Shown: positions 18,849 to 28,354, numbered from the stretch's first letter. The stretch: 41,540 nucleotides of DNA from Candidatus Thorarchaeota archaeon (GCA_048882485.1 JBHLRP010000027.1:1-41540), one strand, 5' to 3'. Notes: a model not told the origin generated them from the sequence alone. A program made the numbers and translations.

Positions 18849-19949
18849 CTAGAAGACAGACGATACAAGCTCGTGCACTGAGCTGAACTCATGAAGACTT
18901 CCTTCGAATCTCTCAATGATGGGACCGAAGATGAGGTCAAATTTGTCAGTGAACTCTTGAACCTTAGAAAGCAGAATGTGGTAGGCCTTGTGCGAAATCA
19001 GAACTGATGAGAAACTCTCGCCATGCGCGAAGAGAATCTCATAATCCCCGATTGAAACTACATTCAGTCCTTCTTCACTCTTAGTGATTTCCTGAAATAG
19101 AGATTGGACACCAGAGATTCCCGCAGCAGTAAGGACTTGGTCGATGTCTTGGACTTCTTCGAAGTGATGGTGAAAGACTAGCAAGCCACCTTCTTGGATG
19201 ATATACAGCTCGACCAATTGATGGCGCCAGTCAAGTTCATCCAGAGCTGGTGACATGATCAAGGCATAACCGAATATGATGAGCCCCACTACCATAAGCG
19301 CTGCACCAAGGGTGTATATCAATTCGCCAAGGGCATAATAGGAGATATCGCTCCTGCCTAAGAATCCCACAAATCCTATGAGAAATCCTGCAACGATTTG
19401 ACCAATGCTTCTTCGAACTGCGCCACTGGTATTTCGTATCGAAAAAGAGAGGAAGATCATGACTCCAATCAAAGTGATTATTGAAATGAACAAGGCGACG
19501 GCTTCAATATAATCACTTGGAGCAACTACGGTGAGTCCTGCAGAAGCTAGACCCGTAAGGGAAAAGGCATGGTGGAGCCGATATGGCAGCATTCTTTCTA
19601 TCGTTGAGAAGAAGGCGACTAGAGCGAGAATTAGGCACATGTAACCTATCTTGACCCAGAAGATGTTAAGCGGATCCTCTGTAAAGTAGAAGTCAGCAAG
19701 CATAAACGCCGAGGTATTTCCAACCATCCCAATGAAGAAGAGACCCCATGCAAGCTTAACGTCGACTGCCTTTCGAAATGGACTCCTGTACCACTGGCCG
19801 AGTAAGACAATCCCTAGGAGAAATGAGTAGAAGACAATAGCACCATCCAAAAGCAAAATGATGTCACGAACTATGTCACCTGGTGGAAATAGCGGCAGTA
19901 GCATAACACCCCTGTTCAGGTCACTTTCTATGGGGATTAGCGCTGCCAC
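18849..19949 (-). CDS. 7-TM membrane protein fused to a C-terminal longin-like domain
   Basis: About 7 hydrophobic helices, then LYIIQEGGLLVFHHHF...LTAAGISGVQSLFQEI...IGDYEILF...VLIS...VQEFTDKF...F, the longin-like pattern common in Asgard proteins. Start is 19949 (GTG) or 19904 (ATG). Confidence 0.75.
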   Translation of the reverse strand: MAALIPIESDLNRGVMLLPLFPPGDIVRDIILLLDGAIVFYSFLLGIVLLGQWYRSPFRKAVDVKLAWGLFFIGMVGNTSAFMLADFYFTEDPLNIFWVKIGYMCLILALVAFFSTIERMLPYRLHHAFSLTGLASAGLTVVAPSDYIEAVALFISIITLIGVMIFLSFSIRNTSGAVRRSIGQIVAGFLIGFVGFLGRSDISYYALGELIYTLGAALMVVGLIIFGYALIMSPALDELDWRHQLVELYIIQEGGLLVFHHHFEEVQDIDQVLTAAGISGVQSLFQEITKSEEGLNVVSIGDYEILFAHGESFSSVLISHKAYHILLSKVQEFTDKFDLIFGPIIERFEGSLHEFSSVHELVSSVF

Positions 19950-19990
19950 TTAATAGTCAATCTTGGATGGCTGCATGTATGATATGGAGT

Positions 19991-20515
19991 CTAGCATTCA
20001 TCCATTAGGGCTCTCACTATCTCCAGAGGAGAATCAACTGCCTTCCCCCACAGGTTCTCTGGTGCAGGCTGCAATTCCTTTGCACCAATCATTCGACGTA
20101 ATTTGGCTATTTGCCCCGCATGGTATATCCCATGCTGAGAAGTCCTCAGTACCGCCCAAGCTATAGATGGCCCACCTTCATTTGGAGGGATGACGCGAAG
20201 CTGTTCCTCAGGACACTCGCGCACAATCTTCGTAATCTTCTCAGTGTTCTCTTTGATTCGAGCTAGTACCTCTTCGAATGTATCTGCAATGACGGGAGGC
20301 CCTATTGAGTTGTTCGCCTTATGGAACCAGTAGGTTTCAGCAGTCCCAATATGCATCACAATCCCGGCGATTGATCTGGAATACGCCTCACCAGTCACCT
20401 GCTTGATTAGCTCTTCGTTCGTCAAATCCTCCAACACATGATGCAGATGTGCTCTCATATTCTCGTGTGCATGAATGACCGACTCTCTAAACCATTCAGG
20501 GACCATTTCAGTCAC
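19991..20515 (-). CDS. DinB/YfiT family metal-binding protein
   Basis: LTNEEL, SIAGIVMHIGTAETYW and HGIYHAGQI. Confidence 0.85.
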   Translation of the reverse strand: MTEMVPEWFRESVIHAHENMRAHLHHVLEDLTNEELIKQVTGEAYSRSIAGIVMHIGTAETYWFHKANNSIGPPVIADTFEEVLARIKENTEKITKIVRECPEEQLRVIPPNEGGPSIAWAVLRTSQHGIYHAGQIAKLRRMIGAKELQPAPENLWGKAVDSPLEIVRALMDEC

Positions 20516-20517
20516 TC

Positions 20518-21714
20518 CTATTCCGCACCTGGTTTCTTTGGTGGTTCCTTTGTGATGGTCAACAACTCATACTCTCTACTTCCAAGCCCCATCTTATCAG
20601 CGTGAGCCAACTGGCGCTCGGCCAGTTCTAGAATCTCTCCTGTTTCAGGATCTTTGCAAGCGTGCACCGTTGCGAACTTATCAACCCCGCACTCTACATC
20701 GCCAGCGAGGGAATCAGGATTTGCCGGCGCGTCCTTGATTGCTTGCAGAGTGGCTTGGTCAATGGCAAGGGGGTCTCTTGAGCCAAATATCCCAATATCA
20801 TGCACAAGCAGAGGTGCCCCGACATTCCAACAGTCGCATTTATCACTAATGTCGATAGCGAGGTTGATGTAGTAGAATCTATCAGCCCCGATAGAATTTA
20901 TCACGCCTAATGAGTTCTCAACGAAATAGAGTGCCTGTTCATGGGTGAGTCGCCATGACATAGTTGCAGCTTTTGCCTCAACACTCCTGCAGACATCGAC
21001 ACAGTGATGGCAAGCTATGCATCTTGACTTATCCACTGTTGCTTTTTCGTTCATTGTAATGCATCGGGTTGGACAGACTTTCAGGCATTTGGAGCACGCA
21101 GGCCCTAGGCATTTCTCCGGGTCAATCTTGAGATCACCCATGAAGTGCATGGCAGCCTTCCCCTTCTTGCCCACAAGCCCAATGCCTAGATTCTTGATTG
21201 TTCCGCCAATGCCCCCGAGACCATGACCCTTCGCATGGGTGAGTACAATCACTTTGTCACTGTCTAGAAGAGCTGCTGCAACATCCACGTCCTTGATGTG
21301 ATCGCCATTCACCTCAACATTGAAGACGTCTGTCCCCCAGTATCCATCTGCCATGATAAGCGGTGCACCTACTGAGGCTTCAGTATAGCCATGGAGTGTT
21401 CCCATGCTCAGGTATTCAGGTGCTGTTGTACGACCACCATATGTTCCCCCACCACCATAGCCAAGACCAGTTGTTTCAGCCACAAACGGCTCTCCACCAG
21501 CGGCTCGGACAAGATCCACAATCTTACGTGCGTATGCGGGTCTCAAATAGTTGGTGTTACCCCATTGTCCGAAGTGGGTCTTGACCATGACCTTCTCACC
21601 AGTTTTGATATCCTTGTCAAGGCCAAGCTCGTTGAAGACATGCTCGAGCTTGTCAATCATGTTGTAGTCCGGTCGAGCCTGACGATCTGTGAAGTAGACC
21701 TTTGATTTTCCCAT
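20518..21714 (-). CDS. DUF362 domain Fe-S protein with 2x[4Fe-4S] ferredoxin insert
   Basis: KTHFG, THAKGH...GGTIKNLGIG, CLGPACSKCLKVCP, CIACHHCVDVC, CDC, DPLAIDQA and GLGSREYEL; likely ATG at 21714 (MGKSKVYF). Confidence 0.88.
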   Translation of the reverse strand: MGKSKVYFTDRQARPDYNMIDKLEHVFNELGLDKDIKTGEKVMVKTHFGQWGNTNYLRPAYARKIVDLVRAAGGEPFVAETTGLGYGGGGTYGGRTTAPEYLSMGTLHGYTEASVGAPLIMADGYWGTDVFNVEVNGDHIKDVDVAAALLDSDKVIVLTHAKGHGLGGIGGTIKNLGIGLVGKKGKAAMHFMGDLKIDPEKCLGPACSKCLKVCPTRCITMNEKATVDKSRCIACHHCVDVCRSVEAKAATMSWRLTHEQALYFVENSLGVINSIGADRFYYINLAIDISDKCDCWNVGAPLLVHDIGIFGSRDPLAIDQATLQAIKDAPANPDSLAGDVECGVDKFATVHACKDPETGEILELAERQLAHADKMGLGSREYELLTITKEPPKKPGAE

Positions 21715-21749
21715 TGCAGAACCTCTAGAGCAGGAAGATAAGGTAGATT

Positions 21750-22610
21750 TTAACGATTTCGCCCTTGCCCGTCCCATATACGTCTAGCCTGCAACTCTCC
21801 ATACCACACCATGGCAAAGCCGACGATTACAATTAGAAGTGTTATAGGGTGTACTCTGTATCCAGATTGAATGATTCCCGCCCAACCAAATGCAACAGTA
21901 ATTGTTCCAGGAATAATGATGCGGGGTTTTGGTTTATCTCGTGAGATGAGATACATGATAGCAAGTAGAAAGACTGAAAGAAAAACCCAAGTGAATAGGA
22001 AGTTGGGATAGAGTATTGAGAATAATATGGCTAATATGATTTCTACTGGACCAATTACGGGAGTTGCTGTGGTTTGAGAGGATGTGGTTGTTGAGGTGGT
22101 AGTAGTGGTTGATGTCGCAAAGGGATCGATAACGTTCACCGAAACTTGAATACTATCACCGGATGGCACATGTGTCGCGGCAAAGAAATGGAGTACATAT
22201 GAGCCGGGTGTAGCAGGAGCGAATATGGAGTATTGCACGAGGATTTCATTTGAATCAGGATCCAAATCCGCAACATCTTGATCTCGGACCATTCCCTCAT
22301 TATCCAGATCCCAATAGGTGAAAAGAGCGTTGTCAGCCACATCACTGGGAAATTTACAGACGAGGGTATCACTGGGAAGTGTGCTGACGAGTGAGATGTT
22401 TAGAATGAAGTTTTCATTGACCGAAACCTCAAGGAAGGTGGATTCAGCAATTAGATTCAATCCTGTGGGATCGTTATGGCACGCAGAAATTGAGCAGTTC
22501 GATGAGAAATCTGACATACCGAGTACTATTGAATCTGAAAGAAGAACCAGAATAAAGATGGAAAGGCAAACAAATACCAATCCGTGTCCTTTCTTCAACA
22601 TAGGCCTCAT
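21750..22610 (-). CDS. Secreted, membrane-anchored protein with CX4CH motif, beta-sandwich domain, Ser/Thr linker and C-terminal TMs
   Basis: Signal-like N-terminus, CSISACH, APATPGSY, TSTTTTTSTTTSSQTT and 3-4 TM helices. Confidence 0.72.
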   Translation of the reverse strand: MRPMLKKGHGLVFVCLSIFILVLLSDSIVLGMSDFSSNCSISACHNDPTGLNLIAESTFLEVSVNENFILNISLVSTLPSDTLVCKFPSDVADNALFTYWDLDNEGMVRDQDVADLDPDSNEILVQYSIFAPATPGSYVLHFFAATHVPSGDSIQVSVNVIDPFATSTTTTTSTTTSSQTTATPVIGPVEIILAILFSILYPNFLFTWVFLSVFLLAIMYLISRDKPKPRIIIPGTITVAFGWAGIIQSGYRVHPITLLIVIVGFAMVWYGELQARRIWDGQGRNR

Positions 22611-22770
22611 CCTCCCCAGAATGACGCTTCCAATAAAAGCCGTATCAGCCTTTTATTTTTGGTGGGAAACATGCTTTTACTCCTTGACTCGAGTCAAATC
22701 GACTAATTCATAATCAGTCCGTAGCTCCTGTATACTCTCAGATAGGCAGAGCATAATGGCTTAATTCACC

Positions 22771-22800
22771 TCGGGCATATTGATGCTAATCAGTGCCCGG
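22771..22800. other. Intergenic stem-loop
   Basis: TCGGGC-AT-ATTGAT-GCTA-ATCAGT-GCCCGG, immediately downstream of the 22802-23044 (-) ORF. Confidence 0.45.
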
Positions 22801-22801
22801 A

Positions 22802-23044
22802 CTATCCTCTTGTCCAATCCATGCGATTCTTCATATTGCTATCCCGACCAGAAGTTGGCGAAATGCCAAGGTTTCCAAGTCCATCTCTGAAAAGAAGAGA
22901 AATCAGTTTCTTCGCAGTCTGACCAATTCTAATAGATCCGAGATCATCTATTAGCCTCATAGCCTCTTGTTGGTTACCAGGGCTAGATGCCAAGTCCTTC
23001 ATGTTTTTCAACATGTCTTCCACTGAAGATTTGACAAGAGTCAT
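22802..23044 (-). CDS. Small hypothetical protein
   Basis: 80-aa ORF in an otherwise empty interval, with GGAGAGG upstream of the ATG. Confidence 0.5.
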   Translation of the reverse strand: MTLVKSSVEDMLKNMKDLASSPGNQQEAMRLIDDLGSIRIGQTAKKLISLLFRDGLGNLGISPTSGRDSNMKNRMDWTRG

Positions 23045-23160
23045 ATCTAATTCCTCTCCAAGACGCCGAAATGAAAGGAATATTCAGGTGGGAAACTAAC
23101 CTTCTGCTCATTCGAAACTGTTTATTACACATTCACAAGCCACCAGAGTCGGTGAGTCAA

Positions 23161-24246
23161 ATGCCCAGAGGTGACCAGCTCCTAGTCGTTGAGAACCTAA
23201 GAGCATACTACCCCTCTTCCAAGGGGCTTGTCAGAGCTGTGGATGAGGTTTCACTCGAAATCCGAGAAGGGGAGGCAGTAGGGCTCCTCGGAGAGAGTGG
23301 ATGTGGAAAGAGCTCCCTTGCCCTTGCAATCATGGGTCTATTCGAAAGAGTGGCACGATTCCAAGCAGGTGCATCGAATGACCCCTCGCTATTGAAGCAG
23401 TTCAAAGAAAAAACTCCACTACGTGACCGACCAGGGGTACAGGGAAAGGTGTTGTTCAGAGGAAAGGAGCTGACAGCGATGAAAGAGGAGGACCTTGTTG
23501 AGATTCGAGGAAAAGAGATCTCCTTGATTCCTCAAGGCCTCACTCATGCCCTAAATCCACAGCACAGTATCGGCCATCAGACTGCAGAACCCATAGACAT
23601 TCACGAAGAGGATGTGCGTCTGTTAGACATGAAGCGTCGAGTGCTTGAATACCTCGGCCTGGTCCAGCTTGCAGACGCAGGTATTCGATATGTGCTCGAT
23701 CCAGGAAGTTTCTCTGGAGGCGAGAGCCAAAGGGTTCTGATTGCAATGTCACTCATATCAGGCCCATACCTTGTGATTGCAGACGAGCCGACATCTGCCC
23801 TTGATGTGACTATCCAGCGCCAGATTATGGACCTATTGAGATTGGTAAAGGAAGACTTCGATGTGTCCACTCTTCTCATCAGCCATGACGCTGGAGTTAT
23901 CGCCGAGCTATCGGACCGAGTTGCAGTAATGTATGCAGGAAAGATTCAGGAATATGGTGATGCCATTCAGATGTTTCATAATCCTGGTCATCCGTATACC
24001 ATGGGACTCATGGCCTCTTTCCCCACCATTGCAATGATGCAGATGAAGGCTGGTGGAAAGAGACCCCGCCTAAGGGGTATTAGAGGTAGCCCACCAGACC
24101 TCACTGACCTTCCTTCGGGCTGCTCATTTCACCCAAGATGCGACTACTGCATTGAAATCTGCAACACAGACGTGCCCCAGTATAGGGAAGTTGAACCGAG
24201 ACACTATATCAGATGTCATAGATGGGGCGAGATAGAGAAAGAATGA
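23161..24246 (+). CDS. Stand-alone DppD-like ABC ATPase (paralog of 17692-18819)
   Basis: GESGCGKS, IPQG, FSGGESQR, IADEPT, ISHD and GCSFHPRC; likely start ATG 23161 (MPRGDQLL, matching the paralog's MPQDADEYVL), with GGTGAG upstream. Confidence 0.9.
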   Translation: MPRGDQLLVVENLRAYYPSSKGLVRAVDEVSLEIREGEAVGLLGESGCGKSSLALAIMGLFERVARFQAGASNDPSLLKQFKEKTPLRDRPGVQGKVLFRGKELTAMKEEDLVEIRGKEISLIPQGLTHALNPQHSIGHQTAEPIDIHEEDVRLLDMKRRVLEYLGLVQLADAGIRYVLDPGSFSGGESQRVLIAMSLISGPYLVIADEPTSALDVTIQRQIMDLLRLVKEDFDVSTLLISHDAGVIAELSDRVAVMYAGKIQEYGDAIQMFHNPGHPYTMGLMASFPTIAMMQMKAGGKRPRLRGIRGSPPDLTDLPSGCSFHPRCDYCIEICNTDVPQYREVEPRHYIRCHRWGEIEKE

Positions 24247-24451
24247 AGTGTGAGCGCGCATCGGCGCCCACGAGTGATTTCCTCCACCAAGCCTTTGACG
24301 CAGGCTTGACTCGGTTCACGCATCTTGTCCAGTTTCCGTCCTCCCGGCTCAGGCTCAAGACGCGACAAGCCTCTCTGAAGCATATATAGGCCTTCCCTCA
24401 TAAATAACCGCCTTTTTTTTCCCAGCACCAAAACGCGCCAAACTAATGGTT

Positions 24452-25339
24452 CTACTCATAGATGAGTTGCAGTTCCATCTCCATGATAGTTCGAATGGTT
24501 TCGAAACCCGCCTCGATGAAGGGCTGTTTCTCCAAGAGGTCGCCATCTACTTCAGTTCGAATTTCCTTCACACCATCTAGGTATAATCGAGCTGCAAGAT
24601 GAGAAATGAGACTGGAATCAGGCACCTCAATCAAAGCTGCTCCTGCCTTCAATGGAGTGAGGTCAATCCAGCCCAATTGCCTATCAGCCTCGGACCTATA
24701 TGCAACAGCCAGCGTAGTTTCAAGATCCCGAGAAAGCAAGGTGAATCTTGGCTCCCACTTGTAAGCAGCTTCGTCTCTCAATTCGTGTAGGTCAAGAGGT
24801 CTCGAGAAAAGTCCTCCGAAGAGATCTTTGAGCCGCTGAGCAGGTCCCTTGCTCTCCCACTCTCTCGCGCGACTTATCAGGGTCTCATCAATCGAAAACT
24901 CGGAATCAATCTCAAGCTTCAGACTGACTAGGACTCTTCGAGCTTCAAAGGTATATTCGCTAAGGACATCCGGGACCTTGATAGCTGACAAAGGCGTCCA
25001 AGCTGCAATTCGTTTGGCTCGGATATCACGTGCCCAGGCCATGATAAATTCAATAATCGCCTGTAGACCCTTGGTCTTTCCAGGTATGATGCTGATATCA
25101 GACATGAAGGCAGATTGAGAATCATCCGATCCAATGTAGCGACAAACAGCGGTGGCAATTCCATCCTCAAGTCCTAGCAGTGTCCTTTCAGGATTGACTA
25201 TGCCTTCCTTGATGAGGGTATTAAGCTCGTGACGCATTAGTGGTTGAAAATCAGGAAGGTTCCCTTTCCCCGCATTATACACTCTTAGCCAATCTTCAAT
25301 CCTTTCATCAGTGAGCTGAGCAATAGTAGTCTTAGTCAT
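24452..25339 (-). CDS. Putative tandem GNAT-fold acetyltransferase-like protein
   Basis: Two GNAT-like halves ending ...AWARDIRAKRI...VLSEYTF and ...GVKEIRTEVD...FIEAGFE; degenerate. Confidence 0.55.
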   Translation of the reverse strand: MTKTTIAQLTDERIEDWLRVYNAGKGNLPDFQPLMRHELNTLIKEGIVNPERTLLGLEDGIATAVCRYIGSDDSQSAFMSDISIIPGKTKGLQAIIEFIMAWARDIRAKRIAAWTPLSAIKVPDVLSEYTFEARRVLVSLKLEIDSEFSIDETLISRAREWESKGPAQRLKDLFGGLFSRPLDLHELRDEAAYKWEPRFTLLSRDLETTLAVAYRSEADRQLGWIDLTPLKAGAALIEVPDSSLISHLAARLYLDGVKEIRTEVDGDLLEKQPFIEAGFETIRTIMEMELQLIYE

Positions 25340-25410
25340 AACATAGCCAATATTCTAAGTTGTCGCTTTTGAACCTAATGGGTTGTGCAGAAACCCATAA
25401 GCACCCTTCT

Positions 25411-26451
25411 CTACATTTTCCCCATTGTAAGAGCCATAATCGCTTTCTGAACATGTAGCCGATTCTCAGCTACATCATATACGATTGACTTGGGGCTGTC
25501 GCAGACTTCATCACTGACTTCTGCGTTCCTGTCCACAGGACCGCAATGAGTGAAGAAGGCATCATTTGTCTTTGCCATCCAATCCTTGGTCGTAATCCAA
25601 TCATCGTATTTCGCGGCGATGTCAATCTCTTTATTCTTGGCTGCATCCACACCATGCTTGATCATGTCATCGTAGAACCCGGCAGTCATCCAGTTACGGG
25701 AATAAACGTAGTCGGCTCCATCGTATCCTTCCTCAAGGTTATGGACAATCTCGAATCTGCCACCTGCGGCGTCAGCATTCTCTTCGCACCACTTCATGAC
25801 CTCCGAATCAAGATCGTACCCTTTTGGATAAGCAAGAGTGACATCCATTCCGAGTCGTGTGTTTATCAGTACGCTTTCTTGAACAGAACACCACGACCGC
25901 ACTAGAGCGCCCTTCCCCCAGACTTGAAGGAGCTTCTTCCCTTTCAAGTCCTTACCACCATGCATCTTATAGCCCATGACATCTGCCAGTCCTTGACATG
26001 GATGAAAGCGGTCGTGAGCCATGCTTATTATTGGAATACTGGCGTATCGAGCATACTCTTCTAGCATCTCATGACCCTGCCCATAGTATTCGAGGGCTGT
26101 TTCAAGCACTCTAATCCCAATGCCCACTCCATATCGACTCATGACCTCAGCTGCATCCTGAATGGTTTCGCCCGCTGATTTCGCAGATTTGAGTCGCATG
26201 GACTTGGGCTCCAGGAATTGAGCATGACCACCAAGCTCCGATGCTGCTGCTTCGAATGATTGTCTGGTTCGAACCGAAGGATTATAGAAGAACATCATGA
26301 AAGTGCGACGGTCGAAACAATTATTCAATGGATGACCGTATCGATTGGCCTTCATCTCAAAAGATAAGTCGAGTGTCTTCTCAAGCTCCTCAACAGTCCA
26401 GTCTTGTGTACAAAGCAAATCCTTTCCATGTAAACCGTTCATGGTACTCAC
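25411..26451 (-). CDS. Transcarbamylase, non-canonical (N-acetylornithine/YgeW-like group)
   Basis: FYNPSVRTRQSF, HPCQ, YVYSRNW, HCGPVDR..EV and AENRLH; lacks the OTC DxxxSMG motif. Confidence 0.88.
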   Translation of the reverse strand: MSTMNGLHGKDLLCTQDWTVEELEKTLDLSFEMKANRYGHPLNNCFDRRTFMMFFYNPSVRTRQSFEAAASELGGHAQFLEPKSMRLKSAKSAGETIQDAAEVMSRYGVGIGIRVLETALEYYGQGHEMLEEYARYASIPIISMAHDRFHPCQGLADVMGYKMHGGKDLKGKKLLQVWGKGALVRSWCSVQESVLINTRLGMDVTLAYPKGYDLDSEVMKWCEENADAAGGRFEIVHNLEEGYDGADYVYSRNWMTAGFYDDMIKHGVDAAKNKEIDIAAKYDDWITTKDWMAKTNDAFFTHCGPVDRNAEVSDEVCDSPKSIVYDVAENRLHVQKAIMALTMGKM

Positions 26452-26579
26452 GACCCGCGGAAAGGATGCACCTCTGTTTTAGGTCTATCGGGAAGAGAAT
26501 TGCCTAACTTATCAGGACGATGGATGACGCTAGCGAAAGGATTTTGAGATAACTTCTTTTGATTTTACCTTGTTCTGAG

Positions 26580-27410
26580 ATGAAGGTTAGCCAATCAAAA
26601 ACAGTGTTCGACGAATTTTCACAGAAACATGGAGTAGACATCCGCTTCTCTCCAGAGCAGTATGACTTGCTTGAGAAGAATCAGGATATAGTTCTCAGCC
26701 CTAGGCAGATGGATGATTTGGTAAGCCAATTATCTTCACAAGACGGGATGGTAAACTTTCTAGAAGAAACTGCATCACAAATTCCTGCCGTCTGCATGTC
26801 GCTCTATGTCTTGAACGACTCTCTTTGGAGAATGATGGAGAGAAAGCCGTGGGACCAGAACAAGATGCTGGCCATGTCCACCATGCCATATTGCTACTGG
26901 GACAAGAATCAATTGTCGACTTCTAATCCGAAAGCTGTGAAGAGATGGGAACTAGGCTCGAATGAGTTGACCTACATGTCAGCCGTGCCTAGTCTTTCAA
27001 TAGAAGGGAATGGAGGAGACTTCAACGGGTTCATAGAGCAGAGTATGATTACAAATAGACGGTTTGGGATACCCGATACCAACCGACCCATACCGAATTT
27101 CCAATTCAAAGGAATTAAGGTGACTGCTCAACTATCAGAAGCAGATGTTATAATTCATCCCAAGCCGCTTGACATCTTTGACTATGACTTTTCAGCGCCA
27201 GCCAAGACATTTCACGACCTAGGTGTCGATATTATAATTTCAGGAGAATATGTGACTCTTGAAATCGAGAACAGAAAACCAGCAAAGCTGCATGGTGATG
27301 TCCACATATTGATTGGAGTTCCTGTCGATTTTGAGTCACAGCAATTTGGGTTGCTGTTTGCTGATGTTTGGTTTTGGGCATTTCGGAAGACTTTGGAGGC
27401 AGCCGAATAG
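26580..27410 (+). CDS. Hypothetical protein
   Basis: About 277-aa ORF (ATG 26580); no recognised motif; one base separates it from the next ATG. Confidence 0.7.
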   Translation: MKVSQSKTVFDEFSQKHGVDIRFSPEQYDLLEKNQDIVLSPRQMDDLVSQLSSQDGMVNFLEETASQIPAVCMSLYVLNDSLWRMMERKPWDQNKMLAMSTMPYCYWDKNQLSTSNPKAVKRWELGSNELTYMSAVPSLSIEGNGGDFNGFIEQSMITNRRFGIPDTNRPIPNFQFKGIKVTAQLSEADVIIHPKPLDIFDYDFSAPAKTFHDLGVDIIISGEYVTLEIENRKPAKLHGDVHILIGVPVDFESQQFGLLFADVWFWAFRKTLEAAE

Positions 27411-27411
27411 A

Positions 27412-28185
27412 ATGTATATGACAGTTGCCCTATTACTATTTAGCAGCCTCGCAATTGCGACAGCTTTCTTCTGGCAAAAGAGGTTAAGGAGATTCGAAGC
27501 CCTATTTTCCCTCTTCAGTAGTGAATTCGATCCCAACTCTGTGGACATCTCTGGTCGTCAGAAATACACGAGATGCGCCTCTCATAAATGGATCATGAAG
27601 AATGTCGTCCATGGAAAATACTCAAGATCTGGCGAGATTCTAAGCGACTTCGCAGGAGAGAATACTTTGTTGAGTACAATGGTTATTGGACTCGCAGCGG
27701 GGGCAGTTCCGGTGCTCTTTGTTTTCGCAATCTTCCAAAGCTCTGTCCTTGCAGGGTCCTCTCTCGTAATTGTGATTGCAGCAGTTTTTGTGGTCCGCAG
27801 TCCTGGCGATGTGGGAATCTCGTATGACCTTCTTTCGTACCTTATCGATCAAGAATCGGAGGATCTTGATATGGGAGACTTTGCATACGCGCAGATATCA
27901 TCCGACCGAATCATGCGTTGGGTGAGATCACTACTCGTCATTGGTGTGGCTTCTTTGATAATTGCACCATGGGGAGAGCTGATTCCAGTTGCCGTTGCAT
28001 TCTCAATAGCTTTTCTCTTCGAGTTGATTCTAACTCAAGTATTCCTCCCAGTGGCAAGTGTGTCTTTGCCACTCGCCTTGATACTTGTCATCTCCATCGT
28101 GCCATTAATCGCTATCAGCTTGTATTTTGCTGTAAAATGGAAGGGCAAGCAAGCAAAAGATGCAACCTGGAATGCTTCAATATAG
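27412..28185 (+). CDS. Hypothetical membrane protein (paralog of 28355-29167)
   Basis: Multi-TM; shares DISGR..C.S..W...NV..G, SY.LLS, GDFAYAQ.S and APWG with the next gene. Confidence 0.78.
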   Translation: MYMTVALLLFSSLAIATAFFWQKRLRRFEALFSLFSSEFDPNSVDISGRQKYTRCASHKWIMKNVVHGKYSRSGEILSDFAGENTLLSTMVIGLAAGAVPVLFVFAIFQSSVLAGSSLVIVIAAVFVVRSPGDVGISYDLLSYLIDQESEDLDMGDFAYAQISSDRIMRWVRSLLVIGVASLIIAPWGELIPVAVAFSIAFLFELILTQVFLPVASVSLPLALILVISIVPLIAISLYFAVKWKGKQAKDATWNASI

Positions 28186-28354
28186 AGCACCATCTGTGGT
28201 GCTCACCAGCCATTGGGATTATTCTGGAAGGTGTTTCTTCGGTACCAAGGTTTTGCGGCGTTGAGAGGTAGATTCAAGAACAAGAAGTATACAATCAATC
28301 CGTACAACTCCGATATTGATAATGGAATCCTGATGGAGTCGAAGTGATTCGATT

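Noticed and set aside
22070-22115. Low-complexity GTG/GTA/GTT repeats
   Set aside because: They encode the Ser/Thr linker of the 21750-22610 protein; not a DNA repeat element or CRISPR.
22318-22713. 131-aa + strand ORF and the many other 60-130-aa overlapping ORFs in the track
   Set aside because: They are antisense or alternate-frame shadows of well-supported genes and have no motifs.
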